Source of the DNA: an uncultured Actinomycetes bacterium
Lineage (GTDB): Bacteria > Actinomycetota > Thermoleophilia > RBG-16-64-13
DNA: 64,000 nt
Assembly: GCA_963816155.1 (NCBI GenBank)
Contig: CAWFJE010000010.1
Coordinates: forward strand, 302,486 to 366,485
Reading direction: 5' to 3'
Part shown: one piece after another, positions 39,468-48,548 of the stretch
How positions within the stretch are numbered: the stretch's first letter is position 1
How the letters are laid out: the number at the start of each line of letters is the position of its first letter
Notes under the pieces: generated by a model
Told to the model about the DNA's origin: nothing
Database searches by the model: none
Seen by the model: only the letters and a program-made list of their open reading frames with translations
Translations under genes and position numbers: made by a program

Positions 39468-40835
39468 GTGGATATCGAGACCGCGACCAAGGGCGGCAAC
39501 GGCAAGACCGAGCGGGAAGCTGCTCTGGCCGCCCTGGCAGCCGTTCCCAAACCGGTGGCTGCCCAGGGTGCCGACACAAGCCCGGTCGAGACCAGCATCG
39601 AGGTCAAGGACCGCACCCTCTGGCTCTGCCGCATGCCCTACGGGGGCTCGCGCATGCTGGCCGCCGCTTTCTGCTCCATCGGTCTCGACACCCGAGTGAC
39701 TCCCGAGGAGGATTCCCGCACCCTGGAACTGGGGGGCAAGTACACCTCGGGCGACGAGTGCTACCCCCAGCGCATCGTTCTCGGCGATTACATGAAACTC
39801 CTGGAGGACGAGAGCCTCGACCCCAAAAAGACGGCGTTCCTCCTCCCCACGGCCAACGGCCCCTGCCGTTTCGGCCAGTACGTGGGCCTACTGCGCCGCG
39901 TCCTTGACGAACAGGGCTATGAGGATGTGGCCATCCTTTCGTTCACTTCCGCCGACGGCTACGCCGGCGTCGGCGAGCAGGCCTCGGAACTCATCCGCAC
40001 CGCTTGGCGCGCGGTCTTGGTGCAGGACATCCTCATGAAGTTGTTGCTCATGACCCGACCCTACGAGGTCGAGACCGGAGAGACCGACAGGGTCTACCAC
40101 CAGTCGCTCGACCTCATGGCCGGTATCGTCGCCCGGCAAGGCGTGGGCAAGAAGGAACAGATGGCCGACCTCAAGGCGGGGCTTCTGCGATGCAAGCGCT
40201 CCTTCCTCGACATCCCGATCGAGAAGGAGGATCGCCCTCTTATCGGTATTGTGGGCGAGATCTTCTGCCGCCTCAACACCTTCGCCAACAACGAACTCAT
40301 CCGGCACGTGGAGGCCCAGGGAGGCGAGTGCTGGCTGGCGGGAGTCGGTGAATGGGTGTGGTACACCAACGAGGAGGCCTTCCGGCGCCATCGGGAGGAA
40401 AGAAGCCGTCGCAGCAAGGACTGGCTGAAGACCTACATCACCGCGCGCATCATGCACGGCGATGAGAACGCCCTCATGGCCGACTTCCACGACGTGTTCG
40501 CACACCACCCTGAGCCGCACGTGACCAAGGTGCTCGAATACGCCAAGCCGTACCTGCCTCAGACGGGCGCGCTCGGCGAGATGGTGCTCTCCACCGGGGG
40601 CGCCGTCTACCTCTACAACCAGGGCGCGGACGGTGTCATCGATATCAGCCCCTTCACGTGCATGAACGGCATCGTCACCGAGGCCATCTATCCTCGGGTG
40701 AGCAAGGATCACGACACCATCCCCATCCGGGTCTTCTACTTCGACGGCACTCACAGCGACCTCGATCGCGACGTGGGCATCTTCTTGGAACTGGCGAAGA
40801 CCTACCAGCGCCGCAAGAAGATAGCGCGGCCGTAG
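39468..40835 (+). CDS. DUF2229 / 2-hydroxyacyl-CoA-dehydratase-component-like partner protein of the activase fusion
   Basis: 455 aa. Its GTG start immediately follows the upstream stop (coupled). Conserved Cys/aromatic motifs are present (GDECYPQRI, TANGPCRFGQY, SPFTCMNGI). Assignment is by architecture and pairing, not by alignment. Confidence 0.55.
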   Translation: MDIETATKGGNGKTEREAALAALAAVPKPVAAQGADTSPVETSIEVKDRTLWLCRMPYGGSRMLAAAFCSIGLDTRVTPEEDSRTLELGGKYTSGDECYPQRIVLGDYMKLLEDESLDPKKTAFLLPTANGPCRFGQYVGLLRRVLDEQGYEDVAILSFTSADGYAGVGEQASELIRTAWRAVLVQDILMKLLLMTRPYEVETGETDRVYHQSLDLMAGIVARQGVGKKEQMADLKAGLLRCKRSFLDIPIEKEDRPLIGIVGEIFCRLNTFANNELIRHVEAQGGECWLAGVGEWVWYTNEEAFRRHREERSRRSKDWLKTYITARIMHGDENALMADFHDVFAHHPEPHVTKVLEYAKPYLPQTGALGEMVLSTGGAVYLYNQGADGVIDISPFTCMNGIVTEAIYPRVSKDHDTIPIRVFYFDGTHSDLDRDVGIFLELAKTYQRRKKIARP

Positions 40836-40885
40836 CCCCCGTACCCATGAGGCCGATAGCCATGCCGGACAGGTCTTGATCTAGG

Positions 40886-43525
40886 ATGTTCGCCCGGCTA
40901 GGCTCGTTCGCCGTCCGTTTCCGCTGGCTCATCATCGCCGCCTGGCTGGTGGTGGCCGCGGTCCTCACCGCGGTGGCACCGAACATCAACGACGTGGCCG
41001 TCAGCGACCAGCGCGCTTTTCTCCCCGCTTCCGCGCCCAGCCTCGACGCCAACGAGACGGTCAAGCAGTACTTCCCCGATCGCATCTCGCCCTCCACAGC
41101 GGTGGTGGTGATCGACGCCGGACAGGGAGGGCGGGCCGACGAGGGTGTGGCAGGCTCCTTCGTGAACGACCTGAGCTCGTGGTTGAGCGGTCCCGACGCC
41201 CCCTCCGGAGTCGACCAAGTGCTCTCCCCCACTCTCGGCGACGAACAGACCAAGGCGGGCCTCATCAGTCCCGACGGTCAGGTGGCCTTGATGCTCGTGC
41301 GCTTCAGCGCCGTGGGTACCGACCCGACCACCAAGGAAGCCATCGCGGCCATCAATGATCACTTGGAGCAGGCCGCCCCGGAGGTGAAGGTCTACCTCAC
41401 CGGAGACGGACCCATCCTGGCTGCGTACGATACTGCGTCCAAGAGCAGCCTCGACTCCACCACATGGATCACCATCCTGCTCGTCGTGGCTATCCTGCTT
41501 ATCATCTACCGCTCTCCGGTCAGCCCCATCATCCCTCTGGCCACCATCGGACTGGCGTACGTGATCTCCAGGGGGGTGGTGGCCTTCCTTGGCTCCGGCC
41601 CGCTGACCATCTCCATGTACACGAACGTCTTCTTGATCGTGGTCCTGTTCGGGGCGGGCACGGACTACTGCCTGTTCCTCATCAGCCGCTTCAGGGAGGA
41701 GATGTCCACCGTGGATATCGCCGCCCCCGCGGTCAAGACCACGGTACGCACCGTCGGCGAGACCATCGCTTCGAGCGCGGGCACGGTCATCGTGGGACTG
41801 GCCATGATGGCCGCCGCCGAGTTGGGCCTCTACAACACCACCGGCCCGAGCATAGCCATCGGCGTGGCCATCGCCCTACTGGCCGGGCTGACCTTCACGC
41901 CCGCCCTCCTCACCGTGCTTGGTCACTACGCGTTCTGGCCCCGCAAGCCGCGCCGCATCGGCACGCGTGGTCTGTGGTTCTCCTGGTCGGCGAAGGTGGT
42001 CGGGCGGCCGCTCATCGCCCTCCTCGTGCCGGTGATAGTACTGGTTCCGCTGGCCATCTATGGAACCGGCCTCGCCCGCGACTTCGACCTGCTGGGCGAC
42101 CTGCCCAAGAGCGACGAGACGAGGCAGGGTTTCGACGTGCTGGCCGAGCACTTCGGTCCCGGCCAGATGGCGCCGCTCAACGTGGTGGCCGTGGATGCTG
42201 AGGGCTTCAGCACCCCGCAGGGACTGGCCGACATCGAGGAACTCCAGGCGCTGCTGCAGGCTGTTCCGCACGTGACGGCCGTACGCAGTTTCGCCGGTTC
42301 ACTGCCGGACAAGAGCACCCTCAGCGTCGCCGACCAGTTACAGGTACAGGCCCAAGCGGTCAGACAGGGCCTGACCGCACTCGAGACGGCAACAGCGGCC
42401 TTGGGTTCAGGCGGGGTCGCCGGGGCGGCTGCGGATGACGCCATCACCGCCGCCGCCGCCCAACTCACCGACCTGCACGGATATCTCACCCAGTTGGGCG
42501 CTGCCTACCCAGAGATCCTCACCGATCAAGGCTACACGGACTCCGTGAGGGCTCTCGAGGAACTGGCCGTGCTGGCCGGTGAGGTGAAAGGCGAGCCGGG
42601 AGCGATCGGCGCGGCCGTCACCGCCCGCCTGCAGACCCTGGCGACCGGGCTTGAGTCTCTGCAGCAGAGCTTCGCCGCCCGCCCAGAGGCCGTCCTGCTG
42701 CCCGACCTCTACTTGGACAGCAACGAGGGGCTCAAAGCCTTGCGAGACACCTACATCTCCGCAGACGGAACGGCCACTCGACTCCAGGTTGTACTGGACG
42801 CCGGCCCCTACACCGCGGAAGCCATCGCCGCCACGGAGGCGATCCGCGCGACCCTTGCTACGGCGGGCTTCGATGCTGCAGTAGAGGGTGACTCAGCCGT
42901 GCTGCTCGATCTCCAAAACGCTTCCAGCCGCGATATGAACCGTGCCTTGATCTATGTGCTCGGCGGCATCTTCATCGTCCTCCTGCTGCTCCTGCGGGCC
43001 CTGATCTCGCCCATCTACCTCATCCTCACGATCCTCCTGTCCTACGCAGCCACACTCGGCGTGGTGCGACTCCTTTTCGTAGACATACTGGGCGCGGCGG
43101 GCATAGTCTGGTGGGTGCCCATGTTCATGTTCGTCATGCTCGTGGCGCTGGGCATGGACTACAACATCTTCCTCATCGGCCGCGTGAAGGAGGAGGTGGT
43201 CACCAACGGCACGAGGGCCGGCACCCGATTGGCTCTCGCGCGCACAGGCGGGATCATCACCTCGGCCGGCATCATCATGGCCGGCACGTTCGCCAGTATG
43301 CTGAGCGCCAGTCTGATGGGGCTCCTCCAGATAGGCTTCGCCGTGGCGTTCGGGGTCCTGCTGGACACCTTCGTCGTGCGCACGACACTGGTGCCGGCCA
43401 TCATCGTGCTCTTGGGCCGCTGGAACTGGTGGCCATCGCGACGGGGTGCAGACACAAAGTCCGGTGGAGAACCGCTCGGCGGTGCCACCGAGGAACCCGC
43501 CGGGGACTCACCGCCCATCTCCTGA
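40886..43525 (+). CDS. mmpL: MMPL-family (RND superfamily) membrane transporter
   Basis: 879 aa with two 6-TM bundles plus large periplasmic loops. Motifs ...YRSPVSPIIPLATIG... and ...GAGTDYCLFLISRFREE... are MmpL hallmarks. Confidence 0.85.
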   Translation: MFARLGSFAVRFRWLIIAAWLVVAAVLTAVAPNINDVAVSDQRAFLPASAPSLDANETVKQYFPDRISPSTAVVVIDAGQGGRADEGVAGSFVNDLSSWLSGPDAPSGVDQVLSPTLGDEQTKAGLISPDGQVALMLVRFSAVGTDPTTKEAIAAINDHLEQAAPEVKVYLTGDGPILAAYDTASKSSLDSTTWITILLVVAILLIIYRSPVSPIIPLATIGLAYVISRGVVAFLGSGPLTISMYTNVFLIVVLFGAGTDYCLFLISRFREEMSTVDIAAPAVKTTVRTVGETIASSAGTVIVGLAMMAAAELGLYNTTGPSIAIGVAIALLAGLTFTPALLTVLGHYAFWPRKPRRIGTRGLWFSWSAKVVGRPLIALLVPVIVLVPLAIYGTGLARDFDLLGDLPKSDETRQGFDVLAEHFGPGQMAPLNVVAVDAEGFSTPQGLADIEELQALLQAVPHVTAVRSFAGSLPDKSTLSVADQLQVQAQAVRQGLTALETATAALGSGGVAGAAADDAITAAAAQLTDLHGYLTQLGAAYPEILTDQGYTDSVRALEELAVLAGEVKGEPGAIGAAVTARLQTLATGLESLQQSFAARPEAVLLPDLYLDSNEGLKALRDTYISADGTATRLQVVLDAGPYTAEAIAATEAIRATLATAGFDAAVEGDSAVLLDLQNASSRDMNRALIYVLGGIFIVLLLLLRALISPIYLILTILLSYAATLGVVRLLFVDILGAAGIVWWVPMFMFVMLVALGMDYNIFLIGRVKEEVVTNGTRAGTRLALARTGGIITSAGIIMAGTFASMLSASLMGLLQIGFAVAFGVLLDTFVVRTTLVPAIIVLLGRWNWWPSRRGADTKSGGEPLGGATEEPAGDSPPIS

Positions 43526-43840
43526 GGAGCGAGGCACCTGCTCAACCGTCGACCCGGATTCCTGCTTTTTTAGAGGTTGAACACTTCCCCTTGGCCAATC
43601 TCTCAATAATGGTATTCATATGTAACAAGGTGAGTCTGAGTTCTTCATTTCTCTGGCGTTTGCGGGCCTTCTGTGCTAGCTTCATGGAGTCAGCGCGGCC
43701 TTGGTGAGCCGGGGGGAAAGACCGTTCTTGAGAGTACGACTGACGTGCGCGCCGCTTGCGCGCGCACGGTCCGACCGCTCTGAATCCTCCGCCACCCCGA
43801 GGTGTTGACCGTCATCTCACGCGACCAGAGGGAGTGCAGT

Positions 43841-46483
43841 ATGGCTGAAGAGCAGATGACAGCAGGGGGGCCGGGAGGGCCCAAGTACAAGCCCGACCGC
43901 ACCGTCGTCCGTGCCCTCGCCCTTGGAGGCCTTCTGGGCGGTTGCGACCCGGCGGCCGTGGACGTCTCCGATGGCAAGATCGTGCGCGTCCGCCCCATGC
44001 ACTTCGATTGGAAATACCCCCGCGACAGCTTCCGCTCCTGGAAGTTCGAGCGTGATGGCCATACCCTCGAGTCCAACTACAAGGGCATGCCCTCGCCCTG
44101 GTCACTGTCCTACAAGAAGCGCACCTACTCGCCAAACCGCATCCAGTACCCCATGAAGCGCGTTGATTTCGATCCCGACGGCGAGCGCAATCCCCAGAAC
44201 CGCGGCAAGAGTAAGTACGTCCGTATCTCCTGGGACGAGGCCACCGACCTCATAGCGTCAGAGGTCAGGCGCATCATCGGCACCTACGGTCCTCTGGCCA
44301 TCCTTGCCCAGGGCGACGGCCACGGCGAGTGCAAGACCATCAACACGCCGCACGGGCACCAGGCCCGACTGCTGGAGATGCTGGGCGGCTTCACCCAGCA
44401 GGTGCGGAACCCCGATAGCTGGGAAGGCTTCTACTGGGGCTCTAAGCACGTTTGGGGCCAGGGCATCGTCGGGATGATGGACCCGTCCGACAACTGCATG
44501 AAGGACATCACCGAGAACAGCGAGTTGGTGCTCTTCTGGGGTTGCGACCCCGAGACCACTCCCTGGGGCTTCGTGGGCCAGTTCGCCAGCCGGTTGTGCT
44601 ACTTCTGGACTGAGTGCGGCATCGAGCAGGTGTATGTCTGTCCCGACCTCAACTACGGCGCAGCCGTGCACGCCGACAAGTGGATCCCCGTGTGGCCGAA
44701 CACCGACGCGGCTCTGCAGTTGGCCGTCATCTACACCTGGCTCAAGGAAGACACCTGGGAGAAAGAGTACATCGCGACCCACGCCGTGGGCATGGACCAA
44801 GTCATCGCATACGTGATGGGCGACGAAGACGGCATCCCCAAGACCCCGGAATGGGCGGCCGAGAAGTGCGGGGTCCCTCCCTACACCATCAAGGCCCTCG
44901 CGCGTGACATGGCCAATAAGGTCCACACCTGGGCGCACTACTTCGGCGGTAGCTACGCCCGCGGTCCCTACAGCCACGAGCCCGCCCGCCTGGAATGCAT
45001 CATGCTGGGCATGCAGGGACTGGGCGGCCCCGGCCGCCATCAGGTCCAGATCTCTTACGGTGGCATGCCCAGGCCGGAGTTGATCAGGAGCACCCGCTTC
45101 TTCAATCCGCAACTCTCCGAGCGTCTCACCAAACCCACCCAGACCACCATCCGTGCCTGGGGCAAGCAGCTCATTCCCAAGACCCTCATCCACAAGGCCA
45201 TCCTGGATCCGCCGCTGGTCTTCTACGGCAACGGCGGTATCGAAGAACCGGTATCCGACCAGTTCGTCAAGTACGAGTATCCCCTGCCCAAGGAGAAGGG
45301 CGGCACCGAGATCCACATGATGTGGACCGATACGCCCTGTCGGATCACCTGCTGGAACTGCGGTAATGAGACCATCATGGCCGAGCGTAGTCCCAAGATA
45401 GAGTTCATCGTGGCCCAGCATCCCTGGCTTGAGAACGACTGCCTCTACGCCGATGTCATCCTGCCGACGAACACCAACATGGAAGTCGACGACATAGTCA
45501 CGAACACTCGGCAGGGGACTCAGCACCACAGCGTCATCCTCCTCCATAAGGCCATCGAACCGGTGGGCGAGTCGAAGAGCGACTACGAAGCCGTCCTCGA
45601 AGTGGCCAACAAGCTGGGCAAAGGGCTGGAGTTCAGCGAGGGCAAGAGCATCAGGGACCTCCAGCAAGAGGTCTTCTACAACATGAACCTCGACACCAAG
45701 ATCAGCTGGGACGACTTCGAAGAGAACCAGTACGTGATCCTGCAGACGGTCGAGGGCTGGGAAGACGACGTCGTGGGCCTGCGGCCCTTCTACGACGATC
45801 CCGAGAAGAACCCCCTGCCCACGCCGTCCGGCAAGCTGGAGTTCTTCTCAGCGGACCTCGCCAAGCACTTCCCCTGCGATGACGAGCGTCCGCCCATTCC
45901 CAAGTGGGTCGAAAAAAGCGCCATGCATGACGAGCGGCGTGGCAGTTGGCGCGCCAAGGCCTACCCGCTCCTGCTCATGTCCAACCACGGTCGCTGGCGC
46001 GTCCACTCCCAGGCGGACGACATCCCCTGGAGCCGTGAAGTGGTCACCTGCAAGGTTATGGGTTGGGACGGCTACATGTACGAACCGGTGTGGATCCATC
46101 CCTCCGACGCTGAAGCGCGAGGCATCAAGATGGGCGACATCGTCATGGTTCACAACGAGCGGGGCATCGTGCTCTGCGGTGCGCGCGTCTGGGAGCGTAT
46201 CTTCCCCGGCACAGCCTATGTCGATCACGGCGCCCGGCACGACCCCATCATCCCGGGCAAGGTGGACCGTGGTGGCGCCATCAACACCATCTCCGGCGAC
46301 TGGATATCGTCCAAGAACGCCGTCGGCCAGGCCACCAGTGGTTATCTGGTGGAAGTCAGCGCCTTACCTCCGGGCCTGATGGAACAGTGGAGAAGAGACT
46401 ATCCGGACGCCTTCGAGCGCCCCTATGACCCGGCCGCCGGGTTGCGGTTCGAAGCATGGGTGACCAAAGGGGGTGCCGAGTGA
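43841..46483 (+). CDS. molybdopterin (bis-MGD) oxidoreductase, pyrogallol-hydroxytransferase-like alpha subunit; cytoplasmic, with no TAT signal and no N-terminal Fe-S motif
   Basis: 880 aa. N-terminal ...DGKIVRVRPMHFDW...YPMKRVDFDPDGERNPQNRGKSKYVRISWDEATD...YGPLAIL... follows the transhydroxylase alpha pattern. There is no CxxCxxxC and no RR motif. GGGAG ribosome-binding site. Confidence 0.75.
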   Translation: MAEEQMTAGGPGGPKYKPDRTVVRALALGGLLGGCDPAAVDVSDGKIVRVRPMHFDWKYPRDSFRSWKFERDGHTLESNYKGMPSPWSLSYKKRTYSPNRIQYPMKRVDFDPDGERNPQNRGKSKYVRISWDEATDLIASEVRRIIGTYGPLAILAQGDGHGECKTINTPHGHQARLLEMLGGFTQQVRNPDSWEGFYWGSKHVWGQGIVGMMDPSDNCMKDITENSELVLFWGCDPETTPWGFVGQFASRLCYFWTECGIEQVYVCPDLNYGAAVHADKWIPVWPNTDAALQLAVIYTWLKEDTWEKEYIATHAVGMDQVIAYVMGDEDGIPKTPEWAAEKCGVPPYTIKALARDMANKVHTWAHYFGGSYARGPYSHEPARLECIMLGMQGLGGPGRHQVQISYGGMPRPELIRSTRFFNPQLSERLTKPTQTTIRAWGKQLIPKTLIHKAILDPPLVFYGNGGIEEPVSDQFVKYEYPLPKEKGGTEIHMMWTDTPCRITCWNCGNETIMAERSPKIEFIVAQHPWLENDCLYADVILPTNTNMEVDDIVTNTRQGTQHHSVILLHKAIEPVGESKSDYEAVLEVANKLGKGLEFSEGKSIRDLQQEVFYNMNLDTKISWDDFEENQYVILQTVEGWEDDVVGLRPFYDDPEKNPLPTPSGKLEFFSADLAKHFPCDDERPPIPKWVEKSAMHDERRGSWRAKAYPLLLMSNHGRWRVHSQADDIPWSREVVTCKVMGWDGYMYEPVWIHPSDAEARGIKMGDIVMVHNERGIVLCGARVWERIFPGTAYVDHGARHDPIIPGKVDRGGAINTISGDWISSKNAVGQATSGYLVEVSALPPGLMEQWRRDYPDAFERPYDPAAGLRFEAWVTKGGAE

Positions 46484-47307
46484 AAGCCTTCGCCATCGAC
46501 CTCTCCATCTGCAACGGCTGCTACTGCTGCCAGGTGGCCTGCAAGGACGAGCACTGTGGTCAGGACTGGCTGCCTTACGCTAAGGCTCAGCCCGAGACAG
46601 GTCAGTTCTGGCTCGGTATCAATGAGATGGTGCGCGGCCAGGTGCCCAAGGTGAAGATCACCTACGTGCCCAACATCTGCCAGCACTGCGCCGACGCGCC
46701 CTGCATCGCAGCCTGCCCCGTGGAAGGCGCCGTATACCAGCGCGATGACGGCATGGTCATCATCGACCCGGAGAAGTGCACCGGCTGCAAGCTGTGCGTG
46801 GACGTATGCCCCACGAAGTCCATCTTCTTTAGCGACAACTTCGGCATCGCCCAGAAGTGCACCGCCTGCTCGCACCTGCGTGACAACGACCCCGAGACTT
46901 GGGCGAACACCACGCGCTGCGCGGACGCCTGCCCCACCGGGGCGCTGCGCTTCGGCGACGAGGAGGAGTTCGCGGACTTCATCAAAGAGGCGGAATACCT
47001 TTGCCCTGAGCTAGAGGGCAAGACGCGGGTGTACTACAAGAACCTGCCCAAGAAGTTCGTGGCCGGCACTCTCTTCGACCCCATTGAGAACGAGGTCATC
47101 GTCGGAGCGACCGCCACCCTCACGGACGATGAGTCGGGCGAGACCTTCACGGCCACCACCGACCACTACGGCGACTTCTGGTTCAAGAACCTCAAGGACG
47201 ACCGCACCTTCACCTTGACCCTAGCCAAAGATGGCAAGAGCAAGACCATAGAGGGCGTCTCCACCGCGATCGACCTGAACGTGGGCGACATCCCCTTGGA
47301 GATGTAG
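46480..47307 (+). CDS. 4Fe-4S ferredoxin-type beta subunit of the transhydroxylase-like molybdoenzyme, with C-terminal beta-sandwich domain
   Basis: Its GTG overlaps the alpha-subunit stop. Four Cys clusters (CNGCYCCQVAC; CQHCADAPCIAACP; CTGCKLCVDVCP; CTACSHL...CADACP). ...GAVYQRDDGMVIIDPEKC... and ...TRVYYKNL... match the BthL-like pattern. A C-terminal roughly 90-aa non-FeS domain is present. Confidence 0.75.
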   Translation: MKAFAIDLSICNGCYCCQVACKDEHCGQDWLPYAKAQPETGQFWLGINEMVRGQVPKVKITYVPNICQHCADAPCIAACPVEGAVYQRDDGMVIIDPEKCTGCKLCVDVCPTKSIFFSDNFGIAQKCTACSHLRDNDPETWANTTRCADACPTGALRFGDEEEFADFIKEAEYLCPELEGKTRVYYKNLPKKFVAGTLFDPIENEVIVGATATLTDDESGETFTATTDHYGDFWFKNLKDDRTFTLTLAKDGKSKTIEGVSTAIDLNVGDIPLEM

Positions 47308-47341
47308 TCTGCCGGAAACGGAATCCTCGGAGACGTAGCGA

Positions 47342-47379
47342 AGAAGGCCCCTCTTCCCCGCCGGGAAGAGGGGCCTTCT
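47342..47379. terminator. bidirectional 17-bp perfect hairpin (AGAAGGCCCCTCTTCCC-CGCC-GGGAAGAGGGGCCTTCT) between the convergent beta-subunit and xdhC genes
   Basis: Read directly from the sequence. Confidence 0.55.
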
Positions 47380-47510
47380 CATTCGCGTAGCAGTGACCGT
47401 CAGACGGCCCTGGGGCCGCGCAGGCGATGGGCGGACCGGGTGACCCTGTCGCAGCCGGGGAGGGCTGGTGCAGCCTGAGATGGCCGACCCGGCCGGCGGG
47501 GTCGGACCGA

Positions 47511-48542
47511 TCAGGTGCCCCTGCGCCCCCGTATGAGCTCGGACCTCACCTGTACCAGTTCGGCGGCTATGCTGATGGCTATCTCACCTGGGGTCTCCGC
47601 CCCTATCTCCAGGCCTATGGGCGAATGGACGCGGGCCAGGTCGGCCTCGCTGAAGCCCTCGTCTCTCAACGCCTGGTAGATGGCGGCGATCTTCTTTCTG
47701 CTCCCGATCATGCCGATGTAGCCCGCCTCGGTCCTCAGCGCCTGGGCCAACACGGACCGATCGTGGAGGTGGCCGCGAGTCACGATGACGATGTAACTGT
47801 CGTCGTCTGTGGGGAGCCCATCCATGCCCTGGTCGAACGAATCGAGCACGATCACACGGTCGGCCGTGGGGAAACGACCCCGATGGGCGAACTCAGACCT
47901 GTCATCGAGGATGACAGTGGCGAAGCCGGCCAAACCGAGAACGGGGACCAACTTTTCCCCGCAATGTCCGGCCCCGAACACGTATGCAGTCCCCTCGAAG
48001 CCCACGGGATCGGCGTGTGAGAGCGAACCAGCCCCAAGCGCTGCTGCATCCCCGTCGGCATCCCCGTCGGCCGGTAGACCCATGTCGGCACCGGCCTCCA
48101 CCAGTCTCCTCGTTATTCTCCAACCGTGTTGTTCCGACCCCGATACGGTGGTGACCAGCCAGCCCCGTCGGCCCTCATCGGCCCAGGCTGCAAGCGCCTC
48201 GAGCGACTCCTTTACCTCGTGGTGCGAGGGAGACACCGGCTCCAGGATCATCCGCCCCCGTCCGCCGCACACCATGCCCAGACCGGCCGCGTCCTGCGGC
48301 GTCAATTGGAACTCCTGCACCGACGGCCGGTCCGCCTCGAGGACCGACAGCGCCTGCTTGATAGCCCATGCCTCCAGCCCCCCGCCCCCGACGGTGCCCG
48401 CGATTGAGCCGTCGGCCCGCACCAGCATGCTCGCGCCCCCGTGCCGAGGCGAGGAGCCACGTGTGCCGATGATCCCGGCCCAAGCGAACGTCTCCCCCTC
48501 CTCGAGCAGTTGCAGCGCTACGCGTACCAGATCAATGTCCAT
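47511..48542 (-). CDS. xdhC: XdhC/CoxI-family molybdenum-cofactor insertion chaperone
   Basis: 343 aa with an N-terminal XdhC_CoxI domain (...FAWAGIIGTRGSSPRHGGASMLV...) and a C-terminal Rossmann XdhC_C domain (...AYVFGAGHCGEKLVP...IVIVTRGH...MIGSRKK...). Confidence 0.8.
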   Translation of the reverse strand: MDIDLVRVALQLLEEGETFAWAGIIGTRGSSPRHGGASMLVRADGSIAGTVGGGGLEAWAIKQALSVLEADRPSVQEFQLTPQDAAGLGMVCGGRGRMILEPVSPSHHEVKESLEALAAWADEGRRGWLVTTVSGSEQHGWRITRRLVEAGADMGLPADGDADGDAAALGAGSLSHADPVGFEGTAYVFGAGHCGEKLVPVLGLAGFATVILDDRSEFAHRGRFPTADRVIVLDSFDQGMDGLPTDDDSYIVIVTRGHLHDRSVLAQALRTEAGYIGMIGSRKKIAAIYQALRDEGFSEADLARVHSPIGLEIGAETPGEIAISIAAELVQVRSELIRGRRGT

Positions 48543-48548
48543 GGAGTC

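Noticed and set aside
43111-43707. Tail of an alternative-frame ORF ending in the AT-rich island (…MVFICNKVSLSSSFLWRLRAFCASFMESARPW).
   Set aside because: It has no ribosome-binding site, odd composition and overlaps the mmpL 3-prime end. The region is more likely regulatory or non-coding.
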